Source: Nageia nagi (lineage: Eukaryota; Plantae; Pinophyta). From it: DNA of 64,000 nt. Below are positions 44,450-57,165 of this stretch, one piece after another; within the stretch, counting starts at the first letter, position 1; each line of letters begins with the position of its first letter. The position numbers and the translations under genes are program-made. The notes under the pieces are model-generated. The model saw only the letters and a list, made by a program, of their open reading frames with translations, made no database searches and had not been told where the DNA came from. The stretch spans positions 77,252,001-77,316,000 of the forward strand of contig JBITNC010000001.1 in the NCBI GenBank assembly GCA_050084985.1, written 5' to 3'.

Positions 44450-46900
44450 CCAAATTCTTTAGTCACTCTTCTTCATCTTTTCTTTTAGCCACTACTTTTC
44501 CCAATTTTAGCTTTTTCATAATGGTCATATGAAAATGGAGGCAATATTCACAGTCCTTCCAATGATTTCACTCATGAGATAGCAACAAATGTTAGACCTT
44601 GTCTTTCTATATGTCCTATATCAATTATTTATTTTATCCAATGTAAAGCCTTGGGATTTATGGATCGTCAATCCCCAAGCTAATTTTAATTGAAGTTGTC
44701 TTGTCCTTCCCTTTTCTACTGGGGTGTTTACAGCAACACGAGGAGATTCATTTTCAAATGGCATACATGTGTAATTATCAAATTCCACCATAATATATGT
44801 CGATGGATCAAGAGGAGATTTTCCAGGTTTGTAGACTATATTTCAAATATAGCCTAATGCACCATTAATAAAGTCCAACATTAGTCTATAAGTTAGAGTT
44901 TGACATATAACTCTTGCATTTTTTGCAATTAATAATTTAACTTCAAGTTCTTCATTTTCACTTTCTCTTGGATTAGTGCTTCCTTCTTTTGATAGTTTAA
45001 TTTTAATAGTTATCTCTTGTTATACACATTTTCATTTGTTACAAAAAGATGAATGCTTTTGTCAAATTGTTTTATTATAGTCATACGTAATGATGTATTA
45101 GTCCTTGTCATCAATAATTGTTAATCCTTAATAATTGGATTTACATCTTTAAGATTTGTAAGTAGTTGACAAAATTATTTTTTATCTTCACTTTCTCCAT
45201 CATGTCGAAATACCTTATCCAATAATATTTTAGTTTTAAACTCTTGCCATAATAATTTTTCATACTTGTTGCTAGCATATGATGGTTTATCCATAACAAA
45301 TGGTAATTATCCCAAATTGCCCACCAAAATCATTCCCTCCAAAATAGGTATTAGAACATTGTGGAAAAGCTTGATGAAGTCGTGAATCTATTTGTTCTAA
45401 TAATTTTTGGCTTGTAAAGCTCATCTCATTAATCAATACATATTTTATGTGTTGTAACTCTTCTTAAAAACTTATTAATTATGTTCCCTATAATTTTTCA
45501 AAATCTAAAACATGAATTTGAAGAGTTCCATGTATAATGGTTACACCAATGTTAAATGTAGTGGCTCCTGTTGGTGCAAGTAGTAAGAGTAGGGAAATGA
45601 TAAAATTTCAAGTAATTGACGCATTGCACTAATAAGATAAGATTTTCCTATTCATGTTGTTCCTTGTATTATCATACACAAAGGAGGTGAATTTTGATGT
45701 TCATTGTGATGTTTTGAAATATATTGGAAGTTTTTTTTTTCATGCTTAAGCTTTCACATGGATAATTACAAATGATTTCATTGAGAGTGAGCAAGATATT
45801 TTTCTTTGTAGAAGTTTACATGTTTTATTGCCTTTTTATGTACTCTTCTCCTTGATATTCTATATTCCACTATGCAAATCTATCAAAATTCCTTCTTCCA
45901 AGCATATCTATTTCACTTAATTTCATGACTTTTCCACAACATAGTTTGGATATAATTTCCCATTCATGTTTAATTGTATTTTGTTGTACTACTTGAACAT
46001 CATCATCTTCTAAATCAATGTAATATTATTTGTTTGGCCTAATTATCCTCTCTACATGCCTTAGGTTGTAGTTGAATTACTCCTAATTTGAGATTATTTT
46101 GTCATCATCAAGCCTAATATATCTCTTTATATTTTTGAATGGTTTGTAAAGTAATAACTCTGACCAACAAAACTAAAAAAAAAAATGAATTTCATTCAAG
46201 AGTGGTGTTAAATTGTAGAAGTACCCTGATAATGGTTATTTCCTTTCTTGCACTCCATTTGAAGTCACTTTTTCTCTTAAGATTATATGTCCATGATCTA
46301 GGCATGTCTATAAGTGCAATACTTTACATATTATAAGGTCGTTGAATATATCCATTAATTAAAGATTTTCTTTCTCTTTCATATTCATTTTCATTATTAT
46401 GTTCCACCTCATCGAATAAATTTATAGAAATTCGTAATTACTTTCCAATGGATTATTTTAATTTTCATTCAACAAATTGATTTTAAATTTAATTTTATAA
46501 TATTTTTTATGATAGAACATATTTGTTGGTAGAATAATAACTTTAATATATCAACCATAATACAACTTAAAATGTTATTATTATAAACTTATTTGACAAT
46601 TAACATGAAAATAATAAGGAATATTTTTTATTACTTTTATTCCTTCCAAATTCTCTTTAGCTAAAGTTATCAAAGGATTGAATGAGGAAATCATATTATA
46701 ATGAAGAAAGGTGAAATTGCATTATTTACAATTCCTTCAGAATTAGCATACGGATCCTCTTGCATTAAGTCTAGAAATAAGAAAGAATGAATTTGAATAA
46801 TCTAAATATTTATCAGAAAGATTTCAATACATTTTGCAGACTTAAATATAAATATATATTTGCAAAGAAACTTACGAAAAGAGTAAGTTTAAGCTAGCCA
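44450..46900 (-). pseudogene. Decayed PIF1-family (SF1B) helicase of a Helitron-superfamily element, Helitron2/Helentron-like; absent from the ORF track; outer limits approximate
   Basis: Ordered motifs: I PLCMIIQGTT*IGKSYLI (~45684-45630), Ia LLAPTGATTFNIGVTIIHGTL (~45590-45520), II YVLINEMS (~45440), III FGG.MILVGNLG*LP (~45345-45300), V LKLAWGLTIHKSQGFTLD (~44695-44636), VI GLTFVAIS*VK (~44600-44565). Confidence 0.85.
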
Positions 46901-47204
46901 AAAATAAGTAGGAAAAATATTTAAACAAACATAACCAAATAATTGTGTAATGAAATAAAAGTAGCATAATCTAAATTCATACTTGATCCCATGATCTACA
47001 ATTTTTTATTTCCAAATTTAGTATTGGCTATTTTAGTAATTCTATGTTCTCAAATCTTTAGTGATTTATTGGCAATTGGTTATTTTTTTACATAAGAACA
47101 AAAATTGTTTTTTTTTTAAGTGAAGATTGATTTGGATGGTAAAAAATGAGTTTCAATTTTTTTTAATGAAATCATTCTTATGAGCCAATTTCTTGGAATT
47201 AGAT

Positions 47205-47390
47205 TTTGTGTTTGAGGGGTTCTCTTCCGTCAAAGTCACCTAAGAGTTGCAGCCGTCCTCATCCACACCAATATGGTCACCCATTGGTTGGTATCACATG
47301 ATGTGAGGGGGGAGAGTTTTGAAGCTAGACCTCCCTTTTTCAACTCGAGAGTTTTATCTTCTCACTCCTCTCCAACTCCCCTCACATCAT
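47205..47390 (+). repeat. Dispersed ~190-bp repeat with terminal hairpin, copy 1
   Basis: TTTGAGGGGTTCTCTT...CCTCATCCA...ATGATGTGAGGGG/CCCCTCACATCAT; homologous to 51782-51980. Confidence 0.65.
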
Positions 47391-50300
47391 TAGATTGAGC
47401 TTCGATTTTACTTTTATATAAATTTATTTAAAAATATGCATCATTCAATATTTAGCATCGGTTATCTTTTTTAATGTATATTATTTTTTTAATAATAATA
47501 ATATTTATTTTAATTTATTTTTTAATATGCTAGCTATGTTAATTTAAACAAAATGTTCACTTGACATTTTGGATTTACTATTTGTTACCTCAAATTGTTC
47601 TTTTAGGATGAATCTACAAGTAAAAAAATAATAATGATTGTGAAATAATTCATGTGATCTAGATAAGTGAAACAAGTAGATGGATAATATCTAAAAAACC
47701 ATGAGATATTATAAACTTTGTAAACTAAATGATGTAGAGAACTAAATCTATTTTTTCATTCATTGCTCATTTTACAAAGATGTTATACAAACGTATAATG
47801 ATATTTTCATCACAAATTGATTTATGAAATCTTAAACTAAGATAGCTAAAACCAACTTAGCAATTTTATTGTTAATCTTAATTTCGTTTGAAATAACCAT
47901 TTAAACACAACTCTATTTTTAAAATCTTTGGATAAATTTTGATAAATTCTATAATTCAACGAAGTCTAAAGCATGTTAAAAGACATCATCATCATCATTA
48001 TCATCATCAATAACAATGTTAGTATTTTATGAAAATATCATAAAATGTAAATTATGATTTATTTATCACTTGAATATTATCAAATCTCAATTTTCCAAAA
48101 AGAAAATCTCAAAATCTATGCTAGCTTATATATCATGGAGAGATATCAATTTTGAGGTGTTTATCATAAATATCTTTATACATTACATAAATATTATTAA
48201 ATTAAAATACCAGATAATTATAAATAAAAAATATTATTAAACAAAAATACAATAAATAATTTTCATTTAAAAATATAGTAAATATCACATAACAACAATA
48301 GAAGTAAAAAATTAAATTATATTAATATCCATTGGAAACCATTTGATCTATGGGATAGACAACTATAATAGACAATTACATAGCATGTATGTCTAGTACT
48401 AGATTAATTTCAACCATCAATTTATATAAATATTATAATTGTGAATTGATTACAACCATTGAATTATGTTTAAACATCGAACACATTAAGATTCTCCCAC
48501 CCAATTATATATAATTATAAAGCACCTTTTAATATAATTAAAATTTATAAATTAAAAAATAATTAATTTGACTATAAAACAAATATTTCCACTTTTATGT
48601 GATAAAACAAATAGAAATCCTATTGATATAAAGTATGCTGATTATGCTAAAGATACACCTAAATCAGACAATTATGACATAAATGCACCTCAACCAAAGA
48701 CGAACCAATAAAAAATTTCTCTTTTTAAAATACAAAATTTGATTCGACCAAATGGGAAGTCTAGTTTTCTACTTCTCTTTCCTTGCATGGAAAGTTGGTT
48801 GCTATGTTAGCATATAATTGATGTTGATTTACAAGTGGTGGGAAATTTTGATTTGAGAACATTGTGATTTGATGGGTGTAATGGTTTAGGACTAGCCTTT
48901 AAGTAGCTTAGGTCGTCGTCATGATGTAACTTCCAACACCTTTTACGTCGTGTAGGGAACAAAAAGATTTAATAACAAAAGAGATCTTAAGCAAATCACC
49001 CGTACCAAATGTATTTGTCTCTTAGGTTACCCATGACTTGAAATTTTTGATTTTGTAATAAAAAAAATTGATTCAAAATTATTTTTGTTGGGGTTGTTTA
49101 TTGTTAAGATGTTATGATTTACGTACTTTTCATTAAATTCATTTAATTGTGTTTGTATTTATGTAGATTTAATAATAAAAATTGTCGTATTCTTTCACAT
49201 TCGAGGAGTCGAGATATTTAAATTTAAACCAACTACGTACAAAAGTTTTTAATTTCACTTCATTAATGCAATACATTCTATAATAATGAAACAAATAATG
49301 TAAAGGTAAAAAAAAAAATTAAGAATGATAAAGCTGCAATAGAATTTATTTAAATTAATTTATTTTTATTTTTAATAAAGAGAATAAATATGAAATCTAT
49401 TTCGAAATGGGTGTAGATTTTCATGAGAGTTATCTTTACAAGTATAGTTTTCCGAGTTAAAATTTGATGTTCGTATTAAATGTTTTTGGCCTTTTTAAAC
49501 GTTTTTTACAATTAATTTTTTTAATTGACCGTCATATATGAAGGGTATTTATTTTTTATTACCGTCAAAAATACATAGTAATTAAAAAATTAATTTTTTA
49601 AATAATAATTTATTGTATTGATATTCATACACATTTTTTATTTAAAAATATTTATATATATTGAAATTATTTATATTTAATCTAGAGAGAAGATAATTTA
49701 ATTATATTGTTAATGTATTTAAAAGAACATTAAAAAAATTTAATTATATAGTGATGGGCATTACAATATTCAAACTTTCATCAAAAATTATCAACGGGCA
49801 AAGGCAAACGTCAAATTTCAACCCTAGTTGTGAGATGCTAAGCTCTTTCTTCAAGCAATAAAAATAAAATTTTTAATAATAAGAAATATATTAAAATTTG
49901 ATTTGATACTATGGGAAGTAAAAGTTTAGAAGTATAGAAATCTTATAATAAGTTTTTGATATTATTTTGGGGATTTCAAGGGAGCTAAAAAATGTTATGA
50001 TAGTTTACAAAATGTTGTAATAAATTTTATAAAGCTACCTTATCAGTTATAGTATTCTTCATTTGAAAATAAAAAGACAAGTGAATGGTATATGTATGTT
50101 GAATTTCTCATGGGACTGGAAGGCATGTTCTATTGTTATTTATAAAATTGCAAGGTGATAAGATGATAAATAAGGGAGAACACTAACTCTTTTATTGTAT
50201 GAGCTCATATCATTTCCTTATATGCTTTGAACTCAAATGAGTTGGCTTTTATAGTATGTTATGTAAAATAAATTTAAACTATGAATCTTCCCCTTATGAG

Positions 50301-51781
50301 AGTTGATAAATAATATATAAATTATTAATGTTGTATTATAATACTACATGTAAAACATTTGATTAGCTAAGTTCGTCAACTAAATTTAGTGAAGACTACA
50401 TTCTACATCTCTACCTTTTATCCTTGTTGAAATATGATAAGACTAAAGTAAAACTTTTTCCATCTTTCACAGACGTAGAAAGAAGATGTTAGAAATAAGA
50501 CTAAAAGATTAATGCAAGTCTTTAAATGCACTTGAAATATGTTTCATGATGACAAGCATAAACTTGCCCAAGCTTTGAAGCCTGAAACTACAGTGATGAT
50601 GATGATCAAATGGATAGATTGTAAAAACATGATTGAAAGATAATGTCCATAAATAAAATATTTCAATGATCTTATAAGATAATCACATTTTCAAATGATA
50701 CCTAAAAGTTATTCCAAATGATATAGAAGTAGATCTACTTAAAAGTTTTCAGCCTATAAATTATTGTTATATTATATTGTTATAAGGTTATTAAGAAAAA
50801 ATATAAAAATAATTAGCAAAAAAATATTTGCAATGTTTGTGGAAATTATTACGATAATTACAATTTGATGAGAATGATGCCTAAGTTTACCCCGTTTTAG
50901 GACATATATGATAAGCCCACATAGAAAACAGAAAGCTCAAAAGGAAGTCTTAAATGGTAAGATAAATACTAAAGTAAAATGAAATTTAAAATATATAAAG
51001 CTCAAACATTATACATTTTAATATGAATAATATTCATTGGGTTTAAGAGAATGTTACCTTTTATGGCTATCAATTTGTGTACCCTATAATTAAACTTTTT
51101 CTATTATGATATAAGGATCAATTCAATTTACTTCAAATTTATCTTTTTTATGTTTATTTGCATTACTGTTATGTGGATTCTCCATGAGGACCATATCTCT
51201 AATCTATAAGTCCCTTTGTTAATACTTATTTTATTAGATACCCTTTACAATTATTTATGTTATGATATTAAGTATTTGATGGTATTTGGTGAACTTTCAT
51301 AATTATTCTAGCTTATATATATATACGTAATTATATTCCTTAATGAAATCCTCAAGAAAGGGATCTCTAATTCTAAAGGCATCATTTCTTCCTCTATTGG
51401 AATGTGAAGTAGGAAGTCATCTCAGTTGTAGTTCTAATTCTTGTTGGCTAACTTAACAATTCAAGAAAAATCGAGTAATGGGGCTCTTTTCCACATTATA
51501 AGAAAAAAAACAAAGAAGTAAAATAGAAAAGTAATGTTGAAATAAAGAGAAACAAAACTAAAAAATATTTAAATTAAATAATTATTACAATATAGTATAC
51601 CAATACTATAATTTTTTGGAATTATACTTTATTACAATATATTTTGGTCATATTGATCTACTATTATTCACTCACTATGTTGCATATCTTATTTATGTAT
51701 TTCCACACTTTTTCCTTTCCATTTAATTATTTTTGGTTAGAAAACACCCTTATGGGGAAATAACTATGGACTTAGATTCCA

Positions 51782-51980
51782 TTTTTGAAGGGTTCTCTTT
51801 CGTTAATGTGACCCAAGAGTCGTACTTAACCTCATCCATACCAATTTAACCTAACTACCTTTGACTAAACTAAAGTGTATCCACATGCATATGAGGGGGG
51901 AGAGTTTTTGAATATGGGGCCTCTCTTTTTCCATGTGAGAGTTTTCAAATTCCCCTTCTCTTCAAATTCCCGTACATGAT
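51782..51980 (+). repeat. Dispersed ~190-bp repeat, copy 2
   Basis: TTTGAAGGGTTCTCTT...CCTCATCCATACCAAT...GAGGGGGGAGAGTTTT. Confidence 0.6.
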
Positions 51981-52024
51981 TGGATTCCTTTCTATTTCTT
52001 CAATATTTATACATCTTCTCTTAT

Positions 52025-52671
52025 TGTTAGAGTGTGGCAATTCACCATATTAGGAAATTATTAATTAATAATTAAGTATTTTACTTTGTGTTTGTTAAGT
52101 TTACCACCATTCTGAAGGATTTGAACTAGATCTAATCAAATCCTCTAGGACCTTAGACTAGGAAACTCAAGTTAACACATCTATAATTCTAAGAACATCA
52201 TTCACACAATATGACACCAATATAATGTGGTTCCTCCCTCCTTGGGAGTACATCCACAACTAGTTCTCTTATTCTCAAATCTATGTCTCTCTTACAACTA
52301 TTCTCTAGCTCTCTCCTACACAACCAAGTAGAGTAATCTTACTCAAAACTTAGCTATGTTTACATGAGGAGAGGCCCTCTATTTATAGGTTGAGAGCACC
52401 TCCCTAACCTTCCTTTAACCTAAGGGTAAGGTTAGGGTTACATTAAATTTACCACCAAACTTCAACCTACCAACTAACTCCTTTGGTAAAGTCAAAGTCT
52501 ACATATTAAAGAATTATATTAATCACTTAAGGTATCTACATACCTTTAAGTGATTAATTGAATTTACAAGGAGTTTAGATATTCACAATATTTCATTACA
52601 AATTCTAATACATTCACCTTAATTTATCAAGGATATTTAGTTTGGAATTCTCTCTTATAAACATCCTCCCC
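52025..52671 (-). mobile_element. Putative 3' LTR plus PPT of an old LTR retrotransposon; its decayed internal region probably continues toward 56850
   Basis: - strand GGGGAGGA|TGT at 52671-52661; CTATAAATAGAG TATA box near 52385; TG..CA-like ends. Confidence 0.45.
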
Positions 52672-55600
52672 AAATTAAAAGGAAGGCTCATCCTCAATCG
52701 TTTTACTTAGTTGCTCAAAATTTGATCAACTACTATCTCAATTTTTAGTTTAGTTTATACTTCATACTTTAGTTTCTTAAACAGAATGCTTTGAAAATTA
52801 TTTCATACATTTAGAACCTCAAATTTAATCATTATTCATATATTTGTTATATTTTTTCTCACTTATTTACACTTTGAGACTTCAAAATTTAGTATACTTC
52901 ACATTCATTCACATTTTAGACTTTAGAATATATGTCATCAAAATAGTTTATGTCTATTATATTTACTAAAATACTTATTTACTTTCCTTGCTTTACAATG
53001 TCTCCTTCCTTAACTAGAACTAAGGAATGTAGTAATTAACTCCCACTTTCAAAATTGTGGGTTACTTCCATAGGGATTTAAGTTGTTTATATGAAAATTT
53101 ACTTGTTTGGTAGAAGGTAAGGCATCTATCATATTATATAGTATAGATGATAGACCATGGTCTTTCATCATAGGGTACATAGAAAAAACATCTCTCTCTC
53201 TAAAAAAATTAATTGATGATTTATTTTTTCAAAAATCTCTACTATGAACTCCATAATAGTACACCCTTATGTGGTTCCATAAAAATTAGAAGGTGAAGAG
53301 TAGATCTACATTTTATCCTCAATTTTCATCAACTCCTCCTTACATTCCTTACCTAGCTATATAATTTGGTAAGTTTTCATCTTGACCACTTTTAAAATAC
53401 CCTTCTTTTCCTCTACAACTTTTAATATTTTGTATTGTTTTAATAGAGTTTAGGCAAGAGTGATTATTCTGATATTATTATGTTATGCAAATTAGCTATC
53501 TTCTTATGTAGATATTGAATGTTGCTATCTACTCCATAAGTAGGATACTTAAGCTCATTACATTGAGTAGTGTGATATATACATTCTATCACCAAGTTGT
53601 ACACCATAAGATCTTGGCGTATATTATGTAAGTTTGTCTAAAAAATTTAATTCCATTTGTTAAAATTTTGGTGATCATTTTGTACCACCTTCTTTGCATT
53701 CTTCTTATGATGAACCATTTATGTAGTTTTATCCACAAATTAGTTTGTAACATATTTAAAACCATCCTAATAAAAATTTGATATCTGTTTTACCATGATA
53801 TCCATGACTATCTTTATTTTTTGTTTCAAATTATATATCTCTTTTTTTGAGTTAGAAAGAAATGTTAAATATTATTTTCTAAGCTTTTCACCATAGCAAA
53901 ATGATATTGGATGGACCTATTTGATGGATCAATCTTGGGTTCAACATCTTTAATTGTTAGAGCCCCATTTATTAATTTTATGGGTTGGATCCTAATGTGT
54001 GGAATGAGATTAGATTATCATCAATTTGGAATATTTGTTAATCTACACCCTCTTGGTTATTGCTTGAACGAGGAAGGTTGAGCTAAAAAAAAATAATATT
54101 ATTGGATATGTATGTATTTTCTATAGTTGTCCTTATGGTTTATGGAAAAATGGGGAACTAATTATGGAAGTAGAACCAATTACTTATGCTGAAAGTATAG
54201 TTGATGGTGTAAAGGAAGTGGGGTTATCAATGTGTGCATGTTCGATGATGGCTTATGAGGGGGTATATGTGGTAAGGATAATGGTGGATGTGAAATTTAT
54301 AAGTGGTATGCCAATTCAAAGAAACAATAAAATATGTGAAATAAAAAGAGGTGAAGGGATATGCACCTATGCAATACTTGAAGAAAATATGATGTCAGCC
54401 ATGGTGATGATGAATTGAGGTGGAAGTTACACGGGTATTGATGGAGAAGAAGATATAATGGATGGAGAACTCACACTTTTTATTTGTTATGATGTGATAG
54501 CTATTGATGATGATGTTGTGGCAACTAAAAATGGGGACAAGATTATGGTTGTTTTTGATGATGATGTTGTAGCTTGAATGGGAATTATTATTAGAATGGC
54601 CATGGAGGTTGCCAACATAAGAAAAGATGGCGATGGTGGTGGGGAAGTATTTATTATTATTACTATTGATATTTATATTAATGTTGATGTTATTTTTATT
54701 AATGTTAGTGGTGGTGATAGTTGGAAATATTAAATCATAATGTAAATCAAACTATTTTTTAGGATCATTGTAATTACAACCAATTACTTTATGGTGCCTT
54801 GGATTTTAGCTTTATCATTGACGACATTATTTTTGTTGCTCCTTTTGGTGATGATAGAATTAGCAATGGTGGTAATGGAAGAGTAGGTGTGGGTTTCCAC
54901 CATATAATCTAAAGACATATTTTGGAAAAAATCATAATCTAACTTCAATAATGGGAGCATTATGAGAGGTACTACGTACACTCTTCATATATGTATTGTG
55001 TATGTCTACGTCAAAGTATAATATTATGTTATCAAGACAAAAGTATTAAATTACTAGGATGGACATCCATTATTGGCCTTGGATGAAGATAATGACTTGG
55101 TTAACCTAATGAAAAAGATTTGGCGACCCAAATTATAACTAGCTAAATTGAAGCATGAAAGGCGTAATCTAATCAATAACACTCTTACTATCCCTAATCG
55201 ATTTAAAAAAAATAAAAATACATTATTGCTAAGATTAGGAAAGAACCAAACTTAAAAGTGGATTCGTTCTTGGCCTTATTGACTTCTTCATCATTTTCTT
55301 TATAAAAATATCCTTTAATTGATAATCTTTGTTATTCTCAACTAGGTCATATACAAGGTGATTTATCAAAACTATGATTGACTATGGAATGTTCTTATAG
55401 TAAATGTATGGGTTTTGAATTCCATTAACATAGATGACTTTTGTATTCTTTTGCATTCCTAACAATTTTTCCATTGAGTCACATGAAACTACATGTATAT
55501 TTTTTATTAAATGGGAGCAATCAAATTTGTGTTCCTTCAAACCAAAAAATGTTTTAACCACTCTATCATTAATCTCATAGAATTTATTTAGACAAAGTTT

Positions 55601-57165
55601 ATTGTTATAGTACAGGCTATAAATCATTTTGACAATGATGCCTATAGACCCAAAATTTGGTAGTTATGCTAAATAAGTAAGTCTAATGCACTCAAACCTT
55701 TATTTATCTTCATTAGAGAGAGTCATCATCTTCTCATTTATTTCCATAAGATTTTCCTAAAACTTGACCTATTTAAGATACTAGATACTAACATTCCCAT
55801 CTTAGATGAGTCCATAGATCCTCATGAAATGGTTTGAGGAATTTCAACATAATACCCATATGTTGTATGTTTCACATTTTTTCTCAAGGCATTGTGATCT
55901 CAATATGCAATGCTAAACAATTCGTGAAATTAGATAGAATTTAGCTATAGAATTCATAAGAGTACCACCAAACTCCCTTATGCTTATTCTTGTTATGTTC
56001 TCACTCAACATGCTCAAATTTTCAAGTTTGTGAATGCACAAGTGAGGTAGTTGAAGTGGTAAATTCTATTTTTATTTTGGCATGCCATATTAAGATCTTG
56101 TAGATTTTGAAATATCCATGATATTATGTTTAAGTTTGTTAGGTTATTGCTTATTTTAAGGTTTGATAAAAGATATTACAGTATACCTTTTTACTAATTA
56201 TAATACACTTCCATCCTTTCAATGGGTATTATATTAATTATTATCTATCTCTTTTGGTAGTTGTAGTTTAGGACAACTTGCGAGTTAAATTATTATGGGT
56301 GCTCTCCAACTTAAATTCTTTGCATGTAATTTTGTTTAAACTAGAACTATTATGTTGGAGAACTTGCAATTCTTTTCTTAACACCTAATTTTATCCACCC
56401 TTAGGTGTACTTATTAAGTTTAACTTTATATTACATCATTATATGCTATAATCATGTTATATTATTATTATGGCCCATTTTAGTATCTCACATGTGCTTT
56501 CCTTTTTATTTGTGCAAGGTATACTGACATTAGCATTAGCTTTTAAGCATGCATTATGGTGGATCAATTATATATAAGAGGGGAAAAACATCACATGGGA
56601 TCATTATCAAATATTCTTTTGGTATACCCATGTTTATTACCTTCTAAGGTGTTCATCAACACCACCTATTGGGAGAGATTTGATATTACACAAGCTTTGT
56701 CATTCTTTTATTTACTATTATATGCTATACTAGGCTTATCATTTTATTATTATGCTTTGGATCTTGGTTGTAGAACTTTCTATATAGAAGGTTTAGCATT
56801 TGCATTATCATTAGCATTTGTGCTACTATTTGAAGCTTAGTATTCATGTTATTGTTAGCATCCATATTGTTTTTTTTTTGGTAAGTAAATAAATTCTATT
56901 GATTAACTAGTTTGAACAAAATTACATGATGGCCATTACTGCCAATCCAGCAAAGGAATCTGAAGACATGTCAAGCTTATGGAAGCTACAGTGATCACAG
57001 TTATACATACTGTACAAAATGCTGAATCAAACCTCTAAGATTACTATGACTACTAGTATGAATACTAAGGTCACTGATGGGACCCCCTGGAGCATATGCA
57101 GTAAGCAAAGGTAGGATGAACAGTGTTGGGGCTTGATACATTGGTTTCTTCTTACGCAGGTCCAT

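Noticed and set aside
52672-56850. Short ORFs (54164-54418, 55382-55627, 56556-56840) as genes
   Set aside because: Low complexity, no motifs; likely decayed retroelement interior.
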